Positions 1 through 7,769 are shown, counted from the first letter of the stretch. The stretch is DNA of 20,000 nt from an uncultured virus (IMG/VR IMGVR_UViG_3300025133_000083) (IMGVR_UViG_3300025133_000083), one strand, 5' to 3'. Numbers and translations: made by a program. The notes: generated by a model from the letters alone, not told the origin.

Positions 1-7
1 ATTGGTA

Positions 8-244
8 ATGGAAAAGAAACGAATGCTTAAAACACTTCGGAGATGGTACGCATTTATAGCGTTTGTAGCTCTCTTATTCTTAATCAGTGGGCTTACATTC
101 CCCTTTGTGTGGATTTGGGCAGGATGGTCCTACGCTTGGAAGATAGCGGTATCCGCAGTAGCAGGGATGTTTGTATGTGGGTTCCTTAAGTCAGTCCTAA
201 AAAGGGTAATGACAGAAATAGATGATGATGCACCGTCTACGTAA
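8..244 (+). CDS. Small membrane protein (two predicted TM helices); may start upstream of the window
   Basis: Hydrophobic segments WYAFIAFVALLFLISGLTFPFVWIW and IAVSAVAGMFVCGFL; ATG at 8. Confidence 0.7.
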   Translation: MEKKRMLKTLRRWYAFIAFVALLFLISGLTFPFVWIWAGWSYAWKIAVSAVAGMFVCGFLKSVLKRVMTEIDDDAPST

Positions 245-276
245 AATGCGTAGAAAGAACTAAGTAAAACACGTAG
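237..276. promoter_or_regulatory. Tandem 17-bp quasi-palindromes (CTACG-N7-CGTAG family), putative operator pair
   Basis: CTACGTAAAATGCGTAG 237-253 and CTAAGTAAAACACGTAG 260-276, starts 23 bp apart, spanning the stop at 244 and the gap before ATG 279. Confidence 0.55.
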
Positions 277-278
277 AA

Positions 279-626
279 ATGAAACTAACAGGACAAGCGA
301 AAGCGTTATTTGAGAAGTGGTTAATAGATAATCATGGGGCAGAAAAGAATACAGAACGGTCAAAGCTGAAAATACTTATAGACTATGCGTGGGTAAAATG
401 TGATAGTTTACCTGAAGCCATGCAATGGGGCGTGGTTCAAGAATTTGCTGATAGTTTGGGGTATGATCTACACATAAGTAAAGAAGGCAACGGATTTTGG
501 TATGGAATAGAAATACCTGACGGGAATTTATTTACAAACACGCTGATTGATTATTACGAAGGAGGTAAGTTATTGGATTTCGTTTGGATGTACGCCCCTG
601 TTGAACTCGAAAAAGCATTGAAATGA
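279..626 (+). CDS. Hypothetical phage protein
   Basis: 115-aa ORF, ATGA overlap with next gene. Confidence 0.75.
   Translation: MKLTGQAKALFEKWLIDNHGAEKNTERSKLKILIDYAWVKCDSLPEAMQWGVVQEFADSLGYDLHISKEGNGFWYGIEIPDGNLFTNTLIDYYEGGKLLDFVWMYAPVELEKALK
602..626 (+). repeat. 25-bp direct repeat, copy 1 (left of gene 623-1138)
   Basis: TGAACTCGAAAAAGCATTGAAATGA; 24/25 identical to 1119-1143. Confidence 0.85.
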
Positions 627-1138
627 GCAAAGCAAGAGAGTTTAGAAACGAGTTTGCGGTGGAACGAGGTTATAGTGATTGGGCTGATTTGTGCGGTCAA
701 TGCTACTACGAAACATTCATTAACGATTTAATGGAAGAATACGCCAAAGAAGCCAACCAACAAGAGGAAGTCGGATGCTATTGTGACCATAACAAATTGA
801 CCAGAGAGGATTGTGCAAGTAAATCGGAATGTGATCTATTAACTAAAGAGAAACCCCAACAACAGAGCGTTGATATTACAGCAGGTCAAGAGTTTTTTGA
901 AGCAATAGTGCGCACTTGTGATTTTACGCCATTGTTAGACGATATGCACGAATTGATAAACGCATTGGCCAAAGACAATCCACAATTAAACACCCTCAAC
1001 CAAACAGGGTTAAGAGATGCGGTTGAAGAAATGTATGAATACATGACCGAATACCCAATACTTCCTAAGATATCTGAAAAGGACTGGAACTATTGGATAA
1101 AAAAGTTTGCACCGTTTATGAACTCAAAAAAGCATTGA
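623..1138 (+). CDS. Hypothetical Cys-containing phage protein, probably recently acquired
   Basis: 171-aa ORF with CGQC and CYC..C....C; flanked by 25-bp direct repeats; contains CCAG/CTGG/GGCC words rare elsewhere. Confidence 0.75.
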   Translation: MSKAREFRNEFAVERGYSDWADLCGQCYYETFINDLMEEYAKEANQQEEVGCYCDHNKLTREDCASKSECDLLTKEKPQQQSVDITAGQEFFEAIVRTCDFTPLLDDMHELINALAKDNPQLNTLNQTGLRDAVEEMYEYMTEYPILPKISEKDWNYWIKKFAPFMNSKKH

Positions 1139-1143
1139 AATGA
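1119..1143 (+). repeat. 25-bp direct repeat, copy 2 (right of gene 623-1138)
   Basis: TGAACTCAAAAAAGCATTGAAATGA; contains stop 1136-1138 and ATG 1140. Confidence 0.85.
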
Positions 1144-1283
1144 AAGCAACTTTTGTATCTAAGTTAGGCTTCAAAGTAATCGTGGAACCTATGAAAAAAC
1201 AATCCCAAGAACAACTCCTTAAACACACACAAAGAATTCTCCGAAAAAGAAAGATCAACGCACAAATAAAAATCGAACCCTAA
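1140..1283 (+). CDS. Small basic hypothetical protein (47 aa, not in ORF track)
   Basis: MKATFVSKLGFKVIVEPMKKQSQEQLLKHTQRILRKRKINAQIKIEP*; fills the gap after 1138. Confidence 0.6.
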   Translation: MKATFVSKLGFKVIVEPMKKQSQEQLLKHTQRILRKRKINAQIKIEP

Positions 1284-1288
1284 AACAA

Positions 1289-1305
1289 CTACGCATTTTA
1301 CGTAG
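1289..1305. promoter_or_regulatory. 17-bp quasi-palindrome upstream of the methyltransferase, putative operator
   Basis: CTACGCATTTTACGTAG, exact reverse complement of 237-253. Confidence 0.55.
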
Positions 1306-1343
1306 ATACAAACACAAAACTAGAACTTAAGAAATGAAAAAAC

Positions 1344-1904
1344 ATGGGAAGCATAAAAGGACAAAGACATAATCCATACATACAAGGAAAATACGGACAC
1401 CTAAACCCTAACGATGTAGTATTCACCCCCGATTGGTTAGCAAAACAAATCGTAGAGATGTTCCCCTTAAAAGGAAAGATCTTAGAACCCTGCAAAGGAG
1501 AAGGCGCTTTCCTGAAATATCTACCCGAAAACACCGATTGGTGCGAAATAACCGAAGGAAAAAACTTCTACGACTACAAAACAAAAGTAGATTGGATAAT
1601 AACAAACCCCCCGTACTCCGACTACAATAGATTCCTAGAACACAGCTTCAGCATCGCAGACAATATCGTACTCCTTGTTCCCGTATCTAAAATGTTTAAA
1701 AGCATGGGTACTCTATCCGAAATATTCAACTACGGAGGATTTGTACAAATACACACCCTCCCAAGTAGCAAAGCAGGATTCCCTTTCGGATTCCCATCCG
1801 CTGTCTACTACATCAAACGAGCATACAAAGGAAACACACAAATAAAAATGCTTGACGGAATTACTTTCAAAAAAAGAAAACCCAAACCACCAACCCTATT
1901 CTAA
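1344..1904 (+). CDS. Orphan DNA amino-methyltransferase (N6-adenine type)
   Basis: VFTPDWLAKQI (motif X), ILEPCKGEGAF (SAM-binding motif I), IITNPPY (catalytic motif IV). Confidence 0.9.
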   Translation: MGSIKGQRHNPYIQGKYGHLNPNDVVFTPDWLAKQIVEMFPLKGKILEPCKGEGAFLKYLPENTDWCEITEGKNFYDYKTKVDWIITNPPYSDYNRFLEHSFSIADNIVLLVPVSKMFKSMGTLSEIFNYGGFVQIHTLPSSKAGFPFGFPSAVYYIKRAYKGNTQIKMLDGITFKKRKPKPPTLF

Positions 1905-1964
1905 ATCAAATAACCTATAACTAAAAACTTAGTTAATACCCATTTTACGGGGAAAACACTTCCT

Positions 1965-2123
1965 CCCCGTGCTTAACCCCCCGAAAAATAGGTCCACCCC
2001 AAAAAATACCCCCTACGGAGATAACCCTAAACACCCCCTCCCTATAAAGGAAGACCCCTATAAAGAAGAAACCCCCTACGGAGACAATCCTTAGTTGATA
2101 CCCCCATTGAGGAGGAAAACCCC
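1965..2123. repeat. C-tract-rich repeat region
   Basis: About 11 runs of 3-6 C; ACCCCCTACGGAGA at 2008 and 2071; CCCTATAAAG at 2040 and 2056. Confidence 0.75.
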
Positions 2124-2413
2124 ACAAAGGAAGAAACGTCTGAAGGGAATTCGCATGGACGGGCGATGCCTACCCTATAGATTTTATTTTTTTCTATCCG
2201 TCCAAAGCACCCCCCCTATGCGATTCCTGCTTCGGGAGGCTCCTGAGTTCTGTCCTATTGTGTGCTTCCTCTTCCTAGTTCGATCCCTTTGGGGAGTGAC
2301 CTCTCTCGCGGTGTCTTCCTCTTCGGTGTCTACCTTGTGTGGGTTTGGCATATTTCGTGCTTGATTGGCTAACATGCACCTCTTCAGGTTATACTCTTAA
2401 CACTGCACACTGA

Positions 2414-2484
2414 CAGGGGTTACACCCGCAACGGGGCTACAACTACCGAAGATTGCCACATCTTCAGGGGTTACACCTGCAACG
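2414..2484. repeat. 20-bp direct repeat pair with internal dyad
   Basis: CAGGGGTTACACCCGCAACG 2414-2433 and CAGGGGTTACACCTGCAACG 2465-2484. Confidence 0.8.
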
Positions 2485-2511
2485 AATGCACACACAACAA
2501 GGGATAAACAT

Positions 2512-2666
2512 CTACGTAAAACACGTAGAACAGTACAACACGCAAGGAGGTGAAATTCTTGCGGGGAAGCTCCGCCTCAAGGGTTGTATTGTGCTTGGAA
2601 TATCTTGTTCCATGCTTAGAATACGACTACGTGAAACACGTACAACTTCCTACGTGAAACCCTTAG
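2512..2666. promoter_or_regulatory. Three CTACG-N7-CGTAG family sites
   Basis: CTACGTAAAACACGTAG 2512-2528; CTACGTGAAACACGTAC 2627-2643; CTACGTGAAACCCTTAG 2650-2666. Confidence 0.55.
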
Positions 2667-2786
2667 AGGCGCTTACACCTTCATAGACGAGTTCTGACGT
2701 ACTATCTATCTATTACTATACTCTTATATCTATTAGCTCTAGTTATACGCGCGTGTTAAGCCTTATGAAGTGAATAAGCAAGCAAT

Positions 2787-2811
2787 AGGAGGATTGATCT
2801 TCCTTTTTTTT
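2787..2811 (+). terminator. Rho-independent terminator
   Basis: Stem AGGAGGA / loop TTGA / TCTTCCT (one G-U pair), followed by a T-run. Confidence 0.6.
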
Positions 2812-2885
2812 CTTATGATGGAAATTGTATAGCTACGCAGGAGCCACACCGATAACTAAAACATTAGTTGATTATTACCTCTTAA

Positions 2886-2906
2886 GTGTAACGCAGGATG
2901 TTACAC
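2886..2906. promoter_or_regulatory. Inverted repeat GTGTAAC-N7-GTTACAC, putative regulator site
   Basis: Perfect 7-bp arms ~65 bp upstream of the promoter; GTTACAC is also in the 2414/2465 repeats. Confidence 0.45.
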
Positions 2907-2970
2907 GTTGAAATTAAACGCCCTGATAATCAAGCACTTACACATTTATTTTAATTATTTCACTTTAATG

Positions 2971-3003
2971 TTTGGAAGTATAGACATAGTTTGCCTATAT
3001 TTG
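2971..3003 (+). promoter_or_regulatory. Bacteroidota primary-sigma promoter driving the early gene array
   Basis: TTTG 2971-2974, 21-nt spacer, TATATTTG 2996-3003 (-33/-7 consensus TTTG..TAnnTTTG); AT-rich upstream. Confidence 0.75.
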
Positions 3004-3046
3004 ATGTAAGCAAACAAAGAGAAACAAACACTAATAACAAGAACAC

Positions 3047-3355
3047 ATGAAACATACAAGAGAGCAATTGCAAAAGGAATTCGAAGCAATAGACAAGATA
3101 AAGGTATTCGAAATAAGAGTAACTGACAGGAGGACAGGAGAGAATGATTATATCTTATTCGATATTACTGCCAACGATGAAGGATTGAGAGCCGAACACG
3201 TAGGACTAACAGTGAAAGAGGAAGACAGTAACAAGATAGCGTTCAAGCTCGAAAAGTGGGATGATTGTTTCAGCTTAGACGAACACTTACAAGGACTCTT
3301 GGAGACATGCACCAACGCAATACACGACAGTTCATTTTACTTACTAGCACCCTAA
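3047..3355 (+). CDS. Hypothetical early protein
   Basis: 102 aa; first gene after the promoter; CAAGAACACATG start context. Confidence 0.8.
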   Translation: MKHTREQLQKEFEAIDKIKVFEIRVTDRRTGENDYILFDITANDEGLRAEHVGLTVKEEDSNKIAFKLEKWDDCFSLDEHLQGLLETCTNAIHDSSFYLLAP

Positions 3356-3368
3356 ACACCTAGAAAAT

Positions 3369-3713
3369 ATGAGAACCAAAGAGAAAGCAATAAGATACTT
3401 TGAGCAAAAGTTAGGGAACTTAACCTACCCAAGCAAGAACGACAGAACCGACCCCGAATACAGGAAAGCGTTAATAGCGGAAGCCCTGAAGAACCTAGAA
3501 TTCGTGAGGAACGTTAAAGAGTACGAGAAAGACAACTTTTTCGAGAAGTTCCAAACGCTAGCCAATATCAAATGTACGCAGTCCTGCGGAGGACACCATA
3601 AAGGAATGATGAACGACAATCTGTACAAGAAAGAGAAAGTTAGGCTAGGGGAAGAACCATCTAACGACCTGCTGTACAGCTTCGGAATCTTCAACGGAAC
3701 GGGAAGTTACTAA
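3369..3713 (+). CDS. Hypothetical early protein
   Basis: 114 aa; CTAGAAAATATG start. Confidence 0.8.
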   Translation: MRTKEKAIRYFEQKLGNLTYPSKNDRTDPEYRKALIAEALKNLEFVRNVKEYEKDNFFEKFQTLANIKCTQSCGGHHKGMMNDNLYKKEKVRLGEEPSNDLLYSFGIFNGTGSY

Positions 3714-3735
3714 CCAACGATAAAAACTAGAAAAC

Positions 3736-4008
3736 ATGAGCATACCACAAATAGAAAACTTTACAAGCAGCAGGGGAAACAAAGTTCCCAACCAATTCAG
3801 AGTAATAACCAATGAAGGAAGCTACTTTAAATCGTATGAAACGATGATAGCGGCAAAGCTGAACAACGGTAAGATATTACTAGACAAGGATAATTGGAAC
3901 TACTCCTCAACAACGGCAACTTACAGGAACCAATTCTTGGGGCTGACAACAAAGGAGACACAACAACAGATTGAAGACGGAACAATAGAGCTAACCAATT
4001 TAAACTAG
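3736..4008 (+). CDS. Conserved phage protein of unknown function (NQF...F.SY...IA...LD...W.YS.TT..YRN.FLG family)
   Basis: Pattern recalled from a widespread phage hypothetical family; junction motif at start. Confidence 0.8.
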   Translation: MSIPQIENFTSSRGNKVPNQFRVITNEGSYFKSYETMIAAKLNNGKILLDKDNWNYSSTTATYRNQFLGLTTKETQQQIEDGTIELTNLN

Positions 4009-4013
4009 GAGAC

Positions 4014-4238
4014 ATGAATCGATTATATCCCGAAGGAATGAGCAAGCAAGAGATTGAAACACTTAGCAAAGCTTACAAGATACAAGAGAACCTGAAGCAG
4101 GTAAACGAATACCAATCAGAGATACACCCACTATTACACGACAAGGGAAGAGCTAACGACCACACAGACTCTTGGAGGAAGATTGAACACACGCAAAAAC
4201 TGATAAAGAGCTTAATACATGAACTCAAAAACTACTAG
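4014..4238 (+). CDS. Hypothetical early protein
   Basis: 74 aa; CTAGGAGACATG start. Confidence 0.75.
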   Translation: MNRLYPEGMSKQEIETLSKAYKIQENLKQVNEYQSEIHPLLHDKGRANDHTDSWRKIEHTQKLIKSLIHELKNY

Positions 4239-4243
4239 AAAAC

Positions 4244-4399
4244 ATGAAGACGAAGCACACAACAATCTTAATTAATTGGAATTCTGAACGATCTATGAAG
4301 AGAGCAACGAGACTCAAGGCAAAGCTAGAGAACGCAGGAGCCACACTTATAAACACGATAAGCACACCGAACACGGCAGCATTTATATACCAACACTGA
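4244..4399 (+). CDS. Small hypothetical protein (51 aa, not in ORF track)
   Basis: MKTKHTTILINWNSERSMKRATRLKAKLENAGATLINTISTPNTAAFIYQH*; exact junction motif. Confidence 0.75.
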   Translation: MKTKHTTILINWNSERSMKRATRLKAKLENAGATLINTISTPNTAAFIYQH

Positions 4400-4420
4400 A
4401 AACATAAACATCTAGAAAGC

Positions 4421-4696
4421 ATGAGAACAATCAAGGAAATAAAAGAGTACTGCGTACAAGTAGACCTACAAAACGTTCTAGCAGGAGATAAGAGCATACA
4501 GGCGTATGATGGAGATAACCATATCCCACTCACAACAGAGAAAGAGATTCGGCTATTCTACATGAACGCGAACATCAAGGATCTACTTCAAATCTACGCT
4601 GAATACAATGGATTGAAATGCTACAAAAAAGACGAGCCTGAAGATTATGCAATATCATACGGCTTAGACATTATTGACCTGATACAAAACATCTAA
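4421..4696 (+). CDS. Hypothetical early protein
   Basis: 91 aa; CTAGAAAGCATG start. Confidence 0.8.
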   Translation: MRTIKEIKEYCVQVDLQNVLAGDKSIQAYDGDNHIPLTTEKEIRLFYMNANIKDLLQIYAEYNGLKCYKKDEPEDYAISYGLDIIDLIQNI

Positions 4697-4708
4697 AAAC
4701 TAGAAAAC

Positions 4709-5389
4709 ATGAGCAGGATACACGATGAAACAAGCGAATTCTACAAAAGAGCATTGAAGAGAGCTAACGACAACCTGATTAAACTACTTGACGACCCTAA
4801 CGTGAAGGAGACCGACCTAACAGTAGCAGCGGCAAAGATTAAAGTGTTAGAGGACGAGAAGAAAGAGAAGGAGACAATTAAGCTACTTGAAAGGCACAAC
4901 GAAGAACAGGACAAAAAGAGAGCAATGTTGAAACGAGTACTATCAATTCAACTTCCTGAAGAGGATATTACTACGCAAGAGTCAACCATTCACGGAACCA
5001 AAATTCGTAAGCATCCTGAATTAATGAAGTTGCAGGAGGACACATGGAGAATCTACTTGACATTTGAAAAAGGAATGTACCCGAAGATCCAAGTAAACGG
5101 GGAATCAATTAACCTACTCAAGTATAAGAGCAACGGCTACACAGAAGACTCAAGCTACGAACCATTCGAGACATTTGAAGAGGCATGTAATTACAACGGT
5201 ATTCAGTTCAAGAATCCGACCATAAAAAAGTCTCTTCAGAACATTGCAAAATTACAAGCTGAATCCGATAAGATGAAGGCAAAGCTAGAGGAGTATAGCG
5301 AGAAGTGTAAAAAGCTGAACAGTTACACCTTAAGCAGTATTGGAGCCATAAGACAACAACAGAGACACCACTACGAATATTTTCACTGA
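4709..5389 (+). CDS. Hypothetical protein with coiled-coil segments
   Basis: 226 aa, K/E-rich helices; exact junction motif. Confidence 0.85.
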   Translation: MSRIHDETSEFYKRALKRANDNLIKLLDDPNVKETDLTVAAAKIKVLEDEKKEKETIKLLERHNEEQDKKRAMLKRVLSIQLPEEDITTQESTIHGTKIRKHPELMKLQEDTWRIYLTFEKGMYPKIQVNGESINLLKYKSNGYTEDSSYEPFETFEEACNYNGIQFKNPTIKKSLQNIAKLQAESDKMKAKLEEYSEKCKKLNSYTLSSIGAIRQQQRHHYEYFH

Positions 5390-5419
5390 AACAGGATAAC
5401 ACGTAAAAGGATAGGACAC

Positions 5420-5626
5420 ATGAGATATACAGGACAACAAGAACCGACACAACAGGAGAGAAAAAAAGGGGCTGAAGTAGTATTCACATACGAAACAGAA
5501 CAGGGAGAGGTAAGAATAAAAGCTTGCGCATGTTACGAAAGTTGGGAACAGTGGGGAGCAACAACCGACCAACTATACAAGAACGTTGAAAGAGTTGAAA
5601 ATTGGAGACAAAACATAAACAACTAG
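5420..5626 (+). CDS. Hypothetical early protein
   Basis: 68 aa; stop TAG lies within the next junction motif. Confidence 0.75.
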   Translation: MRYTGQQEPTQQERKKGAEVVFTYETEQGEVRIKACACYESWEQWGATTDQLYKNVERVENWRQNINN

Positions 5627-5631
5627 AAAAC

Positions 5632-5799
5632 ATGAAAAAATTAGAATTCAATATCAGTTACATGGTAAACGGCACAAGGGAGATTGAACGCATATTTGCT
5701 AACAGTCATAGAGAAGCAACTACAAAGGCAAAATCTAAAGGTAAAGACGTTACAGTGACATACATTGAAAAGCCTACCGACCTACTTTATTTACACTGA
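5632..5799 (+). CDS. Small hypothetical protein (55 aa; start corrected from 5602)
   Basis: MKKLEFNISY...; ATG in exact junction motif. Confidence 0.75.
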   Translation: MKKLEFNISYMVNGTREIERIFANSHREATTKAKSKGKDVTVTYIEKPTDLLYLH

Positions 5800-5812
5800 A
5801 AAACTAGAAAAC

Positions 5813-6397
5813 ATGAGAACAGAAACGACAACAAGAACACTTTACAAGTTCAACGAACTTAGCGAAGAAGGCAAACAGAAAGCACTTGAAAACATGTACA
5901 ACATAAACGTAGATCATGAATGGTACGAATTCATATTTGAAGACGCCAAAACAATAGGTGCATTGATAGGGATAGACATTGAAAAAATATACTTCAGTGG
6001 ATTCTCTTCACAAGGAGACGGGGCATGTTTTGAGGGATATTACAGATACGAAAAAGGTTCAGCTAAGAACCTGAAGGAACACGCACCAAAAGACAAGGAG
6101 CTGCATAGAATCGTAGAAGAACTTCAGGAGCTACAACGTAAGAACTTTTACGGATTGACTGCAAACGTAAAGCATTCAGGACACTATTCACATGAAAATT
6201 GCACGATTATAAACGTAGATAGCGAAACAGAACAGGAGATACCTGAAGACGAGATTGAAGACCTATTGAGGGACTATATGAGATGGATCTACAGAGTTCT
6301 AGAAAAGGAATACGAATATCTAACAGGAGACGAAGCAATTAAAGAAACGATTGAATGTAACGAGTACGAATTCACTGAAGACGGAGAACAAGCATAA
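5813..6397 (+). CDS. Conserved acidic phage/ICE protein (IYFSGFxSQGDGACFEG family, often auto-labelled 'antitoxin of toxin-antitoxin stability system'); start corrected from 5765
   Basis: Motifs LYKFNELSEE, IYFSGFSSQGDGACFEG, WIYRVLEKEYEYLT, NEYEFTEDG. Confidence 0.75.
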   Translation: MRTETTTRTLYKFNELSEEGKQKALENMYNINVDHEWYEFIFEDAKTIGALIGIDIEKIYFSGFSSQGDGACFEGYYRYEKGSAKNLKEHAPKDKELHRIVEELQELQRKNFYGLTANVKHSGHYSHENCTIINVDSETEQEIPEDEIEDLLRDYMRWIYRVLEKEYEYLTGDEAIKETIECNEYEFTEDGEQA

Positions 6398-6420
6398 CTA
6401 ACCATAAAAAACTAGAAAAC

Positions 6421-6705
6421 ATGAAAAAGGTAACAACACTATTGACGGCAGTATTATTAATCGCAACAGGAGCAACGGCACAAAACTCGACAAGAGGCAA
6501 GGACGGGAACTTTGCAGCCATTAAGACGGTAATAGCAGCCCACGACAGTACAACGACCTACACCTACACCGACAACAAGGGAAACGTAGAACCCGTATTT
6601 GTAGGCAAGAGACACGCCTATTACCTAGCGAGAACAAGCAAACCAAGTAAACGAAACGGATACAAGGGGAAATATTACAGAAAGTACCTGAAGACGGACG
6701 ACTAA
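6421..6705 (+). CDS. Small exported protein with Sec signal peptide
   Basis: MKKVTTLLTAVLLIATGATA/QN: basic N-terminus, hydrophobic core, AxA cleavage followed by Gln. Confidence 0.75.
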   Translation: MKKVTTLLTAVLLIATGATAQNSTRGKDGNFAAIKTVIAAHDSTTTYTYTDNKGNVEPVFVGKRHAYYLARTSKPSKRNGYKGKYYRKYLKTDD

Positions 6706-6716
6706 AACAAGGAGCC

Positions 6717-6953
6717 ATGAAAAACGCTAGAAAGTACATTTCACTTTGGGAAAGAGAGGAACGGCAAAATAAAAAAGCTGAATACTACTCAATAGGATTG
6801 AACTACAACCCCGAAAGAAGGGATAATTGGCAAGATAAAGTCCTGAAGACCAACCAAGAGATGTATCAACTAGAAAGCACCCTGACAACAGAAGAAAAGG
6901 AATACATAAACGAATACTACAACGTAGAAATATTTAACGACAAGGAGCTATGA
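6717..6953 (+). CDS. Hypothetical protein flanked by 16-bp direct repeats
   Basis: 78 aa; ACAAGGAGCYATGAAA at 6707 and 6940. Confidence 0.75.
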   Translation: MKNARKYISLWEREERQNKKAEYYSIGLNYNPERRDNWQDKVLKTNQEMYQLESTLTTEEKEYINEYYNVEIFNDKEL

Positions 6954-7147
6954 AATTTACAAGGATACAAGACCAACACACCCACGAAATAATTCAATAC
7001 AGGGTAAACGACACAAGGACAACAAGAAGTGTTTACAATGAATATAAATGGAGATACGAGACACAAAAAAGGGGAGCTTATAATTGTTCACTTACAAGTA
7101 GGACGAAAACAGGCAACTTCAGGCACACACACTACATATCAATTTAA
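6950..7147 (+). CDS. Small hypothetical protein
   Basis: 65 aa; ATGA overlap with previous gene. Confidence 0.7.
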   Translation: MKFTRIQDQHTHEIIQYRVNDTRTTRSVYNEYKWRYETQKRGAYNCSLTSRTKTGNFRHTHYISI

Positions 7148-7166
7148 CAGGATAAAACTAGAAAGC

Positions 7167-7769
7167 ATGAAAAAGGAATACGACATACTTACAACAGTAA
7201 CAATGGATAGAGACAATTTTTTCGATTATATAACCGAAGGATTGATAGACCATCTACCTGCAAAGGTTCCACAAATAGAGAACAAGAGAGGTAAGAATAA
7301 TTTCACGTATAACGGTAAGGACTATTTAATTGAAGCTTTCGACACGGAGATAGAATTAGTTAATAGCATTGCACGTACATACAAGCAACCGACAAGAAAC
7401 TACCGACTCAAATGTTTAAACGGGGAAAGTGAGATAGACGCCCTATCCTACGCAAGTACAAAAAGAGACCTTGTTGATAGTATAAACTTCAACTTGAAAA
7501 GCCAATGGACTCTTCAGTATAAAAACGAAGCCCCTGAATTTTGGGAGCTTAAAACCCTGAAGGACTATTTAAAGAACACAACCGACAAGGAGAGAGCCGA
7601 AATATTTGAAACGGCATTGAATGAAATGGAATACGGACTCAAAAAATGGGATGCAATTATAAGAGCAACAGGGTACTATTCAACACCTTCAGGTAAGCTA
7701 GTTAAAAACGACTACATACAAGAACACAAAAACAGGAGCCTAGAATACGCAATTAAGAACCTACTTTAA
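7167..7769 (+). CDS. Hypothetical protein (200 aa; start corrected from 7029)
   Basis: MKKEYDILTT...; AAAACTAGAAAGCATG start. Confidence 0.8.
   Translation: MKKEYDILTTVTMDRDNFFDYITEGLIDHLPAKVPQIENKRGKNNFTYNGKDYLIEAFDTEIELVNSIARTYKQPTRNYRLKCLNGESEIDALSYASTKRDLVDSINFNLKSQWTLQYKNEAPEFWELKTLKDYLKNTTDKERAEIFETALNEMEYGLKKWDAIIRATGYYSTPSGKLVKNDYIQEHKNRSLEYAIKNLL

Noticed and set aside
1344..1904. Complete restriction-modification system
   Set aside because: No adjacent endonuclease; orphan methyltransferases are routine in phages.
2130..2220. cos-like site on the minus strand (G-run, A-run, CGCCCG)
   Set aside because: Only a vague resemblance; no terminase or HNH gene in the window to support it.
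1945..2686. ORFs 1945-2127(-), 2095-2364(+), 2184-2375(-), 2453-2686(+)
   Set aside because: They overlap repeats, have atypical composition and weak starts; 2184-2375(-) cannot be fully excluded but is unsupported.
5813..6397. Toxin-antitoxin system
   Set aside because: The family label is a propagated annotation as far as I recall; no toxin motif is recognisable nearby.
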